A stretch of 64,000 bases of DNA from the human T2T-CHM13v2.0 reference genome, Homo sapiens: the NCBI RefSeq assembly GCF_009914755.1, contig NC_060940.1; one strand, written 5' to 3'. The position numbers were made by a program, and so were the translations under genes. This document shows positions 1 through 15,100 of the stretch, piece after piece. Position 1 is the first letter of the stretch. Each line of letters opens with the position of its first letter. The notes beneath the pieces were generated by a model. It did not search any database. It saw only the letters and a program-made list of their open reading frames with translations, and had not been told where the DNA came from.

Positions 1-106
1 CTCGATTCCATTCGATGACTCCATTTGATCCCATTCGATGATTTCCTTTGATTCCCTTTGATGATCATTCCATTTGATTCAATTCGGTGATTTCATTTGA
101 TTCCAT

Positions 107-3100
107 TCAGTGATGTTTCCATTCAACTCCTTTCGATGATGATTCCATTCGAATCCATTCGATTATGATTTCATTCAATTCCATTCGATAATGATTCCCT
201 TCAAGTCCATTCGATGATTCCATTCGATTCCATTCAACGATGATTTGATTCGTGTCCATTCGATGATTCCGTTTGATTCCATTTGATGATGATTCCATTC
301 GAGTCCCTTTGATGATTCCATTCAATTCCATTCTCCGATGATTTCTTTTGAGCCCATTCAATGCTTCCACTCGATTCCATATGATGATGACTCCATTTGA
401 TGAAATTCCATGATGATTCCATTCGCTTGCATTCGATGATGATTCCACTTGAGTCCGTTAGAAGATTCTATTCAATTACATTCCATGACGATTCTGTTCG
501 AGTCCATTTGATGATTCCATTAGACTCCATTCGACGATGATTCCATTCGATGTTATTCGATGATGATTCCATTCAACTCCATTCGATGTTTCCATTCGAG
601 TTCATTCTATTATTCCATTAGATTCCATTCGATGATGATTCCATTCGATTCCATTTGATGATTGCATTCTGTTTCATTTGATGATGATTCCATTCGAGTC
701 CATTCGATGATTCCATTCGAGTCCATTTAATGAATCCATTGGTTTCAATTCTATGATGATTACATTGGATTCCATTCGTTGATGATTTCATTCGATTCCA
801 TTCAATGATGATTCCATTCAATTCCATTCAATGATTCCATTCAATTCCATACGATGATGATTCCATTTGATTTGATTCGACAGTGAGCCATTCGATTCAA
901 TTCCATGATGATTCTATTTGATTCAATTGGTTGACATTTCCATTCGATTCCATTCGATGATGATTCCATTTGATTCCATTCAAAGATGATTCCATTCTAG
1001 CCCATTCAATCATTCCATTCGATTCTATTCAATGATGATTCCATTCATGTCGATTTGGTGATTCCATTTGACTTCATTTGATGATGATTCCTTTCAAGTT
1101 CATTAGATGATTCCATTCGATTCCATTTGATGATGATCCCATTCGAGTCCATTCAGTGATTCCACTCGTTTCCATTCCATGATGATTCCATTCCATTCCA
1201 TTCAATGATTCCATTCGATTCCGTTTGATGATGATTTCATTCGAGTCCATTTGATGATTCCATTTGATTCCATTCGATGATGATTACATTCGAGTCCATA
1301 CGATGATTCCACTCAATTCCATATGATGATGATTCCATTCGATTCCATTCGATGATTCCATTCTATTCTATTCAATGGTGATTCCATTCGAGTACATTAG
1401 ATGATTCCATTCGATTCCATTCAATGATGATTCTATTTGTGTCCCTTAGATGGTTCCACATGATTCCATTTCATGATGATACTATTTGAGCCCATCCAAT
1501 GATTCCCTTCGATTCCATTCGATGAGGATTCCATTCGATTCAATTCATTGGTGATTCTATTCAATTCAATTCTTTGATTCCATTCCATTCCATTCGACAA
1601 TGATTCCATTCGATTTCTTTCGATGATTCCACTCGATTCCACTTGACATTGATTCCATTCGATTCCATTCAATGATTCCGTTTGATTCCAGTGGATGATG
1701 ATTGCCATCGATTCCATTCGATCACTCCATTCTATTCCATTTGATGATGATTACATTCGATTCCATTTGATGATTCCATCTGATTCTATTCGAGGATTCC
1801 ATTTGATTCCATTCGATGATGATTCCATTCGAGTGCATTCGATGATTTCATTCGAGTACATCCAATGATTCCATTCGAGTCCATTTGATTTTTCCATTTA
1901 ATTCCATTTGATTATGATTCTACTAGAGTCCATTCAATGACTCAATTCGAATCCATTCAACAATTCCATTCGAGGCCATTCGATGATTCCATTTCATGAT
2001 TCCATTCGACTCCATTTAATCATTACAGTCGAGTCCATTTGGTGATTCCACTGGATTTTTTTTGATAATGATACCATTCAATTACATTTGATGATGATCC
2101 CATTCAATTTCATTTGATGGTGATTCCATTAGAGTCCATTCGATGATTTCATTCGAGTCCCTTCATTGATTCCATCCGATTTCATTTGATGATGACTCCA
2201 TTCGAGTCCATTCGATGATTCCACTCGATTCCATTAGATGATTCCATTGGAGTCCATTTGATTGTTCCATTCGATTCTATTCGATTCCTTTCGAAGATTA
2301 TTCCATTTGAGTCCATTCGATGATGATTCCATTCCATTCCATTCGATGATTCCGTTTGATTCCATTCGATGATTCCCTTCGATTCCTTTCTTTGATGATT
2401 CCATTCCATTCCATTCAATGATTCCATTCGAATCTATTCCATGATGATTCCTTTCGATTCCATTCGCTGATGTTTCCGTTCAATTCCATTCGATGATGAT
2501 TCCATTCGATTCCATTCATTGAGGATTCCATTTGATTCCATTCAATGATGATTCCATTCTATTCCATTCAATGATTCCATTCAATTCCATTCAATGATTA
2601 TCCCCTTAGAGTAAACTCAACGATTCCATTCAATACCATTCGATGATGATTCCTTTTGAGTCCATTCAATGATTTCATTCAAGTCCATTTGATGATTCCT
2701 TTCAATTCCATTCTATGATGATTCCATTCGAGTCCATTCGATGATTCCATTCGATTGCATTCGATGATTCCATTATATTCCATTCAACGGTGATTCCATT
2801 CGAGTCCATTCCATGATTCCATTAGAGTACATTTAATGATTGCTTTGTTTTCAATTCGAAGATGATTACATTGGATTCCATTCTATGATACCATTCGATT
2901 CCATTCAATGATGATTCCACTCAAATCCATTGGATGATTCCATTCGTGTCCATTCGGTGATTTCATTAGATTCCATTCGAGGATGATTCCATTCGATTCC
3001 ATTCGATGATTCCATTCAATTCCATTCGATGATGATTCCATTCCAGTCCATATGATCATTCCATTTGATTTCATTCGATGATGATTCCATTCGATTCCAT

Positions 3101-6015
3101 TCGATGATTCCATTCTATTCCATTCGATGATGATTCCATTCGAGTCCATTCGATGATTCCATTCGAGTCCATTTAATGATTCCATTGGGTTCAATTCAAT
3201 GATGATTACATTGGATTCCGTTCTATGATTCCATTCAATTCCGTTCATTGACAATTTGATTCCATTCGATGATGATTCCATTTGAGTTCATTCGATGATT
3301 CTATTTGATTCTCTTCGATGGTGATTCAATTCTATTATATTGGATGATTCCATTCGATTCCATTTGATGTTGATTCAATTCGATTCTATTCGATGGTGAT
3401 TCCATTGGATTTCACTTCATGATTCTGTTCGATTCCATTCAATGATGATTCACTTCTCGTCCATTGGATGATTCCATTTCATTCCATTCGATGATGATTC
3501 CATTCGATTCCATTCGATGATTCCATTTGATTCCATGCGTCGGTGAGCAATTCGATTCAATTCCATGATGATTCTATTTGATTCAATTAGATGATGTTTC
3601 CATTCGAATCCATTCCATGATTATTCCATTGGAATCCATTCGGCGATGATTCCATATGAGTCAATTCAATGATGATTCCATATGGGTCCGTTCGATGATA
3701 ATTCCATTTGATTTCATTCGGTGCTTCTATTCAATTCCAGTCGATGATGATTCCGTTGGAGTCCATACGATGATTCCATTTGATTTCATTTGATGATGAT
3801 TCCATTCGATGATGATTACATTGGATTCCATTCTATGATTCCATTCAATTCCATTCGTTGATGATTCGATTCCATTCAATGATGATTCCATTTGAGTTCA
3901 TTCGATGATTCTATTCGATTCCGTTCGATGGTGATTCAATTCTCTTATATTGGATGAATCCACTCGATTCCATTTGATGATTATTCCATTGGAGTCCACT
4001 TAGTGAATCCTTCAGATTCTACTCGAAGATGATTCCATTCAAGTCCATTCGATGATACCATTCAATTCCATTCGTTGATGCTTCCATTCAAGTGCATTCG
4101 ATGATATCATTCGATTCCATTTGATGATAATTCCATTTCATTCCATGCGATGATTCTATTCGATTCCATTCAATGATAATTCCATTCAGTTCAGTGATTC
4201 CTCTGGACTCCATTTGATGATGATTCCATTCAATGATTCCATTCGATTCTATTCGAAAATGATTCCATTTGAATCCATTTGATGATGATTCCATTAGATT
4301 CCATTTGATGATTCCATTCGATTCCATGCGACGATGATTCCATTCGATTCCATTTGATGATTCCATTCTATTGTATTCGATGATGATTCCATTCGATTCC
4401 ATTCGATGATGATTGGATTTGATTCCATTTGATGATTTCATTTGATTCCATTCGTTAATGATTTCGATCAATTCCATTCGATGATTCCATTCGATTCCAT
4501 TCGATAATGATTACATCCGTGTCCATTCAATGATTTCATTTGAGCCTGTTCGATAATTCCATTTGAGTCCAACCAATGATTCCATTCATTTCCATTCAAT
4601 GATTCCATTCGAGTCCATTTGATCATTCCGGTAGGGTCCATTCGATGTTGATTCCATTGGAGTGCATTCGATGATTCCATTCGAGTCCATTTTATGATTT
4701 GATTCGAGTCCTTTCGATGATTCCATTCGATTCCACTCGATGATGATTTCATTCGAGTCCATTAGACACTTCCAATCGATTCCATTTGATGTTTCCATTC
4801 GAGTCCAATTGATGATTCCATTCAATTCCATTCGATGATGATTCCGTACGATTCCATTCTGTGATGATTCCATGTGATTGCATTCAATGATGATTCCTTT
4901 AGATTGCATTCGATTGTGATTCATTTCGTCTTCATTCTATGGTTCCACAGGTTTCCATTCGTGTCCATTCCATTATTCCATTCTATTCCATTTGATGATG
5001 ATTCCATTCGATTCCATTCATTGGTGATTCCACTCAATTCCATTCAATGATTCCATTCCATTTCTTTCAACAATGATTCCATTAGTTTCTAATCGATGAT
5101 CCACTTGATTCCATTTGACGACGATTCTATTCTTGTCCATTCGATGATTCCATTTGATTACATATCATGTTGATTCCATTCGATTCCATACGATGATGAT
5201 TCCATTCGAGTCCATTCCATGGTGATTCCATTCAATTCCATTCGATGATTCCTTTCGATTCCATTCGATGATGATGGCATTCGATTCCTTTCAATCATTC
5301 CCTTTGATTCCATTCAAAGGTGATTTCATTCAAGTCCATTCGATAATTGCATTCGATTCCATTCTATGATGATTCCATTCGAGTCCATTTGATGATTCCA
5401 TTCAATTCAAGTCAATGATGATTCCATTCGATTCCATTCGATGATTCCATTCAATTCCATTCGATGATGATTCCATTCAAATCCATTCGATAATTCAATT
5501 CAAGTCCATTCGATGATGATTCCAATCGAATCCATTCAAAGATTCCATTCAGTTCCATTCGATGATTCCCTTAGATTCCATTCGATGATTCCACTTGATT
5601 CCATTTACGATGATTCCATTCGATTCCATGTGATGATTCCATTCAATTCTACTCAATGCTGTTTCCATTTGATTCCATTCGACCATGATTGCCTTTGATT
5701 CCATTCAATGACTCCATTCGGTTCCTTTTGATGATGATTCCGTTCGATTCCATTTCATTATTCCATTTGATTCCATTGGATGAGTCCATTCGATTACATT
5801 CGATGATTATTCCATTCGAGTGCATTAGATGATTCCATTCGAGTCCATTCGATGATTCCATTCGATTCCATTCGATGTTGATTCTGTTCAAATCCATTCG
5901 ATGATTCCACTCGATTCCATTCGATGACTCCAGTTGATCCCATTCGATGATTTCCTTTGATTCCCTTTGATGATCATTCCATTTGATTCAATTCGGTGAT
6001 TTCATTTGATTCCAT
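107..6015 (+). repeat. Higher-order unit U1, 5,909 bp (canonical unit minus 23, 170 and 10 bp)
   Basis: Phase is set arbitrarily at the landmark TCAGTGATG(T/A)TTCC. The offset to U2 changes 5909 -> 6102 -> 6112 across deletions near 560, 1280 and 1990. Confidence 0.9.
3579..3589 (-). promoter_or_regulatory. DUX4-consensus motif TAATTGAATCA (representative; also at 9691, 15233, 21258, 27370, 33482, 43468, 49681, 61500; variant TAACTGAATCA at 60684)
   Basis: TGATTCAATTA on + is TAATTGAATCA on -, which fits the DUX4 consensus TAAYBBAATCA. DUX4 is known to bind and activate HSATII. Binding at these particular sites is inferred only. Confidence 0.55.
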
Positions 6016-9000
6016 TCAGTGATGATTCCATTCGACTCCATTCGATGATGATTCCATTCGACTCCATTCGATTATGATTTCATTCAATTCCATTCGATAA
6101 TGATTCCCTTCGAGTCCATTCGATGATTCCATTCGATTCCATTCAACGATGATTTGATTCGTGTCCATTCGATGATTCCATTTGATTCCACTTGATGATG
6201 ATTCCATTCGAGTCCATTTGATGATTCCATTCAATTCCATTCTCCGATGATTTCTTTTGAGCCCATTCAATGCTTCCACTCGATTCCATATGATGATGAC
6301 TCCATTCGATGAAATTCGATGATGATTCCATTCGCTTGCATTCGATGATGATTCCACTTGAGTCCATTAGAAGATTCTATTCAATTACATTCCATGACGA
6401 TTCCGTTCGAGTCCATTTGATGATTCCATTAGACTCCATTCGACGATGATTCCATTCGATGTTATTCGATGATTCCATTCGATCTCATTCGATGATGATT
6501 CCATTCAACTCCATTCGATGTTTCCATTCGAGTTCATTCTATTATTCCATTAGATTCCATTCGATGATGATTCCATTCGATTCCATTTGATGATTGCATT
6601 CTATTTCATTTGATGATGATTCCATTCGAGTCCACTCGATGATTCCATTCGAGTCCATTTAATGAATCCATTGGTTTCAATTCTATGATGATTACATTGG
6701 ATTACATTCGTTGATGACTTCATTCGGTTCCATTCAATGATGATTCCATTCAATTCCTTTCAATGTTTCCATTCAATTCCATACGATGATGATTCCATTT
6801 GATTTGATTCGACAGTGAGCCATTCGATTCAATTCCATGATGATTCTATTTGATTCAATTGGTTGACATTTCCATTCGATTCCATTCGATGATGATTCCC
6901 TTTGATTCCATTCAAAGATGATTCCATTCTAGCCCATTCAATCATTCCATTCGATTCTATTCAATGATGATTCCATTCATGTCGATTTGGTGATTCCATT
7001 TGACTTCATTTGATGATGATTCCTTTCAAGTTCATTAGATGATTCCATTCGATTCCATTTGATGATGATCCCATTCGAGTCCATTCAGTGATTCCACTCG
7101 TTTCCATTCCATGATGATTCCATTCCATTCCATTCAATGATTCCATTCGATTCCGTTTGATGATGATTTCATTCGAGTCCATTTGATGATTCCATTGGAT
7201 TCCATTCGATGATGATTCCATTCGAGTCCATTCGATGATTCTATTCGAATCCATTTGATGATTTCTTTTGATTATAGTTGGTGATGATTCCATTGGAGTC
7301 CATTCAATGATTCCATTCGATTCCAATCGATGGTGATTCCATTAGAGTCCATTTAACGATTCCATTTGATTCCAGTCTCTGATGATTACATTCGAGTCCA
7401 TACGATGATTCCACTCAATTCCATATGATGATGATTCCATTCTATTCCATTCGATGATTCCATTCTATTCTATTCAATGGTGATTCCATTCGAGTACATT
7501 AGATGATTCCATTCGATTCCATTCAATGATGATTCTATTTGTGTCCCTTAGATGATTCCACATGATTCCATTAGATGATGATACTATTTGAGCCCATCCA
7601 ATGATTCCCTTCGATTCCATTCGATGAGGATTCCATTCGATTCAATTCATTGGTGATTCTATTCAATTCAATTCTTTGATTCCATTCCATTCCATTCGAC
7701 AATGATTCCATTCGATTTCTTTCGATGATTCCACTCGATTCCACTTGACATTGATTCCCTTCGATTCCATTCAATGATTCCATTTGATTCCAGTGGATGA
7801 TGATTGCCATCGATTCCATTCGATCACTCCATTCTATTCCATTTGATGATGATTACATTCGATTCAATTTGACGATTCCATCTGATTCTATTCGAGGATT
7901 CCATTTGATTCCATTCGATGATGATTCCATTCGAGTCCATTCGATGATTTCATTCGAGTACATCCAATGATTACATTCGAGTCCATTTGATGATTCCATT
8001 TGATTCCTTTTGATAATGATTCTACTAGAGTCCATTCAATGACTCCATTCGAGTCCATTCAACAATTCCATTCGACTCCATTTGATGATTCCATTCGATT
8101 CCATTTGATGATTCCATTCGAGTCCATTTAATCATTACAGTCGAGTCCATTTGGTGATTCCACCGGATTTCTTTTGATAATGATACCATTCAATTACATT
8201 TGATGATGATCCCATTCAATTTCATTTGATGGTGATTCCATTAGAGTCCATTCGATGATTTCATTCGAGTCCCTTCATTGATTCCATCCGATTTCATTGG
8301 ATGATGACTCCATTCGAGTCCATTCGATGATTCCACTCGATTCCATTAGATGATTCCATTGGAGTCCATTTGATTGTTCCATTCGATTCCATTCGATTCC
8401 TTTCGAAGATTATTCCATTTGAGTCCATTCGATGATGATTCCATTCCATTCCATTCGATGATTCCGTTTGATTCCATTCGATGATTCCCTTCGATTCCTT
8501 TCTTTGATGATTCCATTCCATTCCATTCAATGATTCCATTCGAATCTATTCCATGATGATTCCTTTCGATTCCATTCGCTGATGTTTCCGTTCAATTCCA
8601 TTCGATGATGATTCCATTCGATTCCATTCATTGAGGATTCCATTTGATTCCATTAAATGATGATTCCGTTCTATTCCATTCAATGATTGCATTCAATTCC
8701 ATTCAATGATTATCCCATTAGAGTAAACTCAACGATTCCATTCAATACCATTCGATGATGATTCCTTTTGAGTCCATTCAATGATTTCATTCAAGTCCAT
8801 TTGATGATTCCTTTCAATTCCATTCTATGATGATTCCATTCGAGTCCATTCGATGATTCCATTCGATTGCATTCGATGATTCCATTGTATTCCATTCAGT
8901 GATGATTCCATTCGAGTCCATTCGATGTTTCCACTAGAGTACATTTATTGATTGCTTTGTTTTCAATTCGAAGATGATTACATTGGATTCCATTCTATGA

Positions 9001-12000
9001 TACCATTCGATTCCATTCAATGATGATTCCACTCAAATCCATTGGATGATTCCATTCGTGTCCATTCGGTGATTTCATTAGATTCCATTCGAGGATGATT
9101 CCATTCGATTCCATTCGATGATTCCATTCAATTCCATTCGATGATGATTCCATTCCAGTCCATATGATCATTCCATTTGATTTCATTCGATGATGATTCC
9201 ATTCGATTCCATTCGATGATTCCATTCTATTCCATTCGATGATGATTCTATTCGAGTCCATTCGATGATTCCATTCGAGTCCATTTAATGATTCCATTGG
9301 GTTCAATTCAATGATGATTACATTGGATTCCGTTCTATGATTCCATTCAATTCCGTTCATTGACAATTTGATTCCATTCGATGATGATTCCATTTGAGTT
9401 CATTCGATGATTCTATTCGATTCTCTTCGATGGTGATTCAATTCTATTATATTGGATGATTCCATTCGATTCCATTTGATGTTGATTCAATTCGATTCTA
9501 TTCGATGATGATTCCATTGGATTTCACTTGATGATTCTATTCGATTCCATTCAATGATGATTCACTTCTCGTCCATTGGATGATTCCATTTCATTCCATT
9601 CGATGATGATTCCATTCGATTCCATTCGATGATTCCATTTGATTCCATGCGACGGTGAGCAATTCGATTCAATTCCATGATGATTCTATTTGATTCAATT
9701 AGATGATGTTTCCATTCGAATCCATTCCATGATTATTCCATTGGAATCCATTTGGCGATGATTCCATATGAGTCAATTCAATGATGATTCCATATGGGTC
9801 CGTTCGATGATAATTCCATTTGATTTCATTCGATGCTTTTATTCTATTCCAGTCGTTGATGATTCCGTTGGAGTCCATATGATGATTCCATTTGATTTCA
9901 TTTGATGATGATTCCATTCGATGATGATTACATTGGATTCCATTCTATGATTCCATTCAATTCCATTCGTTGATGATTCGATTCCATTCAATGATGATTC
10001 CATTTGAGTTCATTCGATGATTCTATTCGATTCCGTTCGATGGTGATTCAATTCTATTATATTGGATGATTCCACTCGATTCCACTTGATGATTATTCCA
10101 TTGGAGTCCACTTAGTGAATCCTTTAGATTCTACTCGAAGATGATTCCATTCGAGTCCATTCAATGATACCATTCAATTTCATTCGTTGATGCTTCCATT
10201 CAAGTGCATTCGATGATATCATTCGATTCCATTTGATGATAATTCCATTTGATTCCATGCGATGATTCTATTCGATTCCATTCAATGATAATTCCATTCA
10301 ATTCAGTGATTCCTCTGGACTCCATTTGATGATGATTCCATTCAATGATTCCATTCGATTCTATTCCAAAATGATTCCATTTGAATCCATTTGATGATGA
10401 TTCCATTAGATTCCATTTGATGATTCCATTCGATTGCATTTGACGATGATTCCATTCGATTCCATTTGATGATTCCATTCTATTCTATTCGATGATGATT
10501 CCATTCGATTCCATTTGATGATGATTGGATTCGATTCCATTTGATGATTTCATTTGATTCCATTCGTTAATGATTTCGATCAACTCCATTCGATGATTCC
10601 ATTTGATTCCATTCGATAATGATTACATCCGAGTCCATTCGATGATTCCATTTGAGCCCGTTCGATAATTCCATTTGAGTCCAATCAATGATTCCATTCA
10701 TTTCCATTCAATGATTCCATTCGAGTCCATTTGATCATTCTGGTAGGGTCCGTTCGATGTTGATTCCATTGGAGTGCATTCGATGATTCCATTTGAGTCC
10801 ATTTTATGATTTGATTCGAGTCCTTTCGATGATTCCATTCGATTCCACTCGATGATGATTTCATTCGAGTCCATTCGACACTTCCAATCGATTCCATTTG
10901 ATGTTTCCATTCGAGTCCAATTGATGATTCCATTCAATTCCATTCGATGATGATTCCGTACGATTCCATTCTGTGATGATTCCATGTGATTGCATTCCAT
11001 GATGATTCCTTTCGATTGCATTCGATTGTGATTCATTTCGTGTTCATTCTATGGTTCCACAGGTTTCCATTCGTGTCCATTCCATTATTCCATTCTATTC
11101 CATTTGGTGATGATTCCATTCGATTCCATTCATTGGTGATTCCACTCAATTCCATTCAATGATTCCATTCCATTTCTTTCAACAATGATTCCATTAGTTT
11201 CTAATCGATGATCCACTTGATTCCATTTGACGACGATTCCATTCTTGTCCATTCGATGATTCCATTTGATTCCATATGATGATGATTCCATTTGATTCCA
11301 TACCATGATGATTCCATTCGAGTCCATTCAATGGTGATTCCATTCAATTCCATTCGATGATTCCTTTCGATTCCATTCGATGATGATGGCATTCGATTCC
11401 TTTCAATCATTCCCTTTGATTCCATTCAAAGGTGATTTCATTCAAGTCCATTCGATAATTGCATTCGATTCCATTCTATGATGATTCCATTCGAGTCCAT
11501 TTGATGATTCCATTCAATTCAAGTCAATGATGATTCCATTCGATTCCATTCGATGATTCCATTGGATTCCATTCGATGATGATTCCATTCAAATCCATTC
11601 GATAATTCAATTCAAGTCCATTCGATGATGATTAAAATCGAATCCATTCAAAGATTCCATTCAGTTCCATTCGATGATTCCCTTAGATTCCATTCGATGA
11701 TTCCACTTGATTGCATTTACGATGATTCCATTCGATTCCATGTGATGATTCCATTCAATTCTATTCAATGCTGTTTCCATTTGATTCCATTCGACCATGA
11801 TTGCCTTTGATTCCATTCAATGACTCCATTCGGTTCCTTTTGATGATGATTCCGTTCGATTCCATTTGATGATTCCATTTGATTCCATTGGATGAGTCCA
11901 TTCGATTACATTCGATGATTATTCCATTCGAGTGCATTAGATGATTCCATTCGAGTCCATTCGATGATTCCATTCGATTCCATTCGATGTTGATTCTGTT

Positions 12001-12127
12001 CAAATCCATTCGATGATTCCACTCGATTCCATTCGATGACTCCAGTTGATCCCATTCGATGATTTCCTTTGATTCCCTTTGATGATCATTCCATTTGATT
12101 CAATTCGGTGATTTCATTTGATTCCAT
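6016..12127 (+). repeat. Higher-order unit U2, canonical 6,112 bp
   Basis: Landmark-to-landmark distance 6016->12128. Used as the reference for all comparisons. Confidence 0.92.
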
Positions 12128-15100
12128 TCAGTGATGTTTCCATTCGACTCCATTCGATGATGATTCCATTCGACTCCATTCGATTATGATTTCATTCAAT
12201 TCCATTCGATAATGATTCCCTTCGAGTCCATTCGATGATTCCATTCGATTCCATTCAACGATGATTTGATTCGTGTCCATTCGATGATTCCATTTGATTC
12301 CACTTGATGATGATTCCATTCGAGTCCATTTGATGATTCCATTCAATTCCATTCTCCGATGATTTCTTTTGAGCCCATTCAATGCTTCCACTCGATTCCA
12401 TATGATGATGACTCCATTCGATGAAATTCGATGATGATTCCCTTTGATTCCATTCAAAGATGATTCCATTCTAGCCCATTCAATCATTCCATTCGATTCT
12501 ATTCAATGATGATTCCATTCATGTCGATTTGGTGATTCCATTTGACTTCATTTGATGATGATTCCTTTCAAGTTCATTAGATGATTCCATTCGATTCCAT
12601 TTGATGATGATCCCATTGGAGTCCATTCAGTGATTCCACTCGTTTCCATTCCATGATGATTCCATTCCATTCCATTCAATGATTACATTCGATTCCGTTT
12701 GATGATGATTTCATTCGAGTCCATTTGATGATTCCATTTGATTCCATTCGATGATGATTCCATTCGAGTCCATTCGATGATTCTATTCGAATCCATTTGA
12801 TGATTTCTTTTGATTATAGTTGGTGATGATTCCATTGGAGTCCATTCAATGATTCCATTCGATTCCAATCGATGGTGATTCCATTAGAGTCCATTTAATG
12901 ATTCCATTTGATTCCAGTCTCTGATGATTACATTCGAGTCCATACGATGATTCCACTCAATTCCATATGATGATGATTCCATTCGATTCCATTCGATGAT
13001 TCCATTCTATTCTATTCAATGGTGATTCCATTCGAGTACATTAGATGATTCCATTCGATTCCATTCAATGATGATTCTATTTGTGTCCCTTAGATGATTC
13101 CACATGATTCCATTATATGATGATACTATTTCAGCCCATCCAATGATTCCCTTCGATTCCATTCGATGAGGATTCCATTTGATTCAATTCATTGGTGATT
13201 CTATTCAATTCAATTCTTTGATTCCATTCCATTCCATTCGACAATGATTCCATTCGATTTCTTTCGATGATTCCACTCGATTCCACTTGACATTGATTCC
13301 ATTCGATTCCATTCAATGATTCCATTTGATTCCAGTGGATGATGATTGCCATCGATTCCATTCGATCACTCCATTCTATTCCATTTGATGATGATTACAT
13401 TCGATTCCATTTGACGATTCCATCTGATTCTATTCGAGGATTCCATTTGATTCCATTCGATGATGATTCCATTCGAGTCCATTCGATGATTTCATTCGAG
13501 TACATCCAATGATTCCATTCGAGTCCATTTGATGATTCCGTTTGATTCCATTTGATAATGATTCTACTAGAGTCCATTCAATGACTCCATTCGAGTCCAT
13601 TCAACAATTCCATTCGACTCCATTTGATGATTCCATTGGATTCCATTTGATGATTCCATTCGAGTCCATTTAATCATTACAGTCGAGTCCATTTGGTGAT
13701 TCCACCGGATTTCTTTTGATAATGATACCATTCAATTACATTTGATGATGATCCCATTCAATTTCATTTGATGATGATTCCATTAGAGTCCATTCGATGA
13801 TTTCATTCGAGTCCCTTCATTGATTCCATCCGATTTCATTGGATGATGACTCCATTCGAGTCCATTCGATGATTCCACTCGATTCCATTAGATGATTCCA
13901 TTGGAGTCCATTTGATTGTTCCATTCGATTCCATTCGATTCCTTTCGAAGATTATTCCATTTGAGTCCATTCGATGATGATTCCATTCCATTCCATTCGA
14001 TGATTCCGTTTGATTCCATTCGATGATTCCCTTCGATTCCTTTCTTTGATGATTCCATTCCATTCCATTCAATGATTCCATTCGAATCTATTCCATGATG
14101 ATTCCTTTCGATTCCATTCGCTGATGTTTCCGTTCAATTCCATTCGATGATGATTCCATTCGATTCCATTCATTGAGGATTCCATTTGATTCCATTCAAT
14201 GATGATTCCGTTCTATTCCATTCAATGATTGCATTCAATTCCATTCAATGATTATCCCCTTAGAGTAAACTCAACGATTCCATTCAATACCATTCGATGA
14301 TGATTCCTTTTGAGTCCATTCAATGATTTCATTCAAGTCCATTTGATGATTCCTTTCAATTCCATTCTATGATGATTCCATTCGAGTCCATTCGATGATT
14401 CCATTAGATTGCATTCGATTATTCCATTATATTCCAGTCAACGATGATTCCATTCGAGTCCATTCGATGATTCCATTAGAGTACATTTAATGATTGCTTT
14501 GTTTTCAATTCGAAGATGATTACATTGGATTCCATTCTATGATACCATTCGATTCCATTCAATGATGATTCCACTCAAATCCATTGGATGATTCCATTCG
14601 TGTCCATTCGGTGATTTCCTTAGATTCCATTCGAGGATGATTCCATTCGATTCCATTCGATGATTCCATTCAATTCCATTCGATGATGATTCCATTCCAG
14701 TCCATATGATCATTCCATTTGATTTCATTCGATGATGATTCCATTCGATTCCATTCGATGATTCCATTCTATTCCATTCGATGATGATTCCATTCGAGTC
14801 CATTCGATGATTCCATTCGAGTCCATTTAATGATTCCATTGGGTTCAATTCAATGATGATTACATTGGATTCCGTTCTATGATTCCATTCAATTCCGTTC
14901 ATTGACAATTTGATTCCATTCGATGATGATTCCATTTGAGTTCATTCGATGATTCTATTCGATTCTCTTCGATGGTGATTCAATTCTATTATATTGGATG
15001 ATTCCATTCGATTCCATTTGATGTTGATTCAATTCGATTCTATTCGATGATGATTCCATTGGATTTCACTTGATGATTCTATTCGATTCCATTCAATGAT

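Noticed and set aside
2598-4960. Short non-consensus islets such as TATCCCCTTAGAGTAAACTCAACG, TGCTTTGTTTTC, CCGGTAGGGTCC and GGTTCCACAGGTTTCC as possible foreign or regulatory elements
   Set aside because: They stay in monomer register and can be read as heavily mutated monomers fixed by amplification. They are useful as landmarks but there is no functional evidence.
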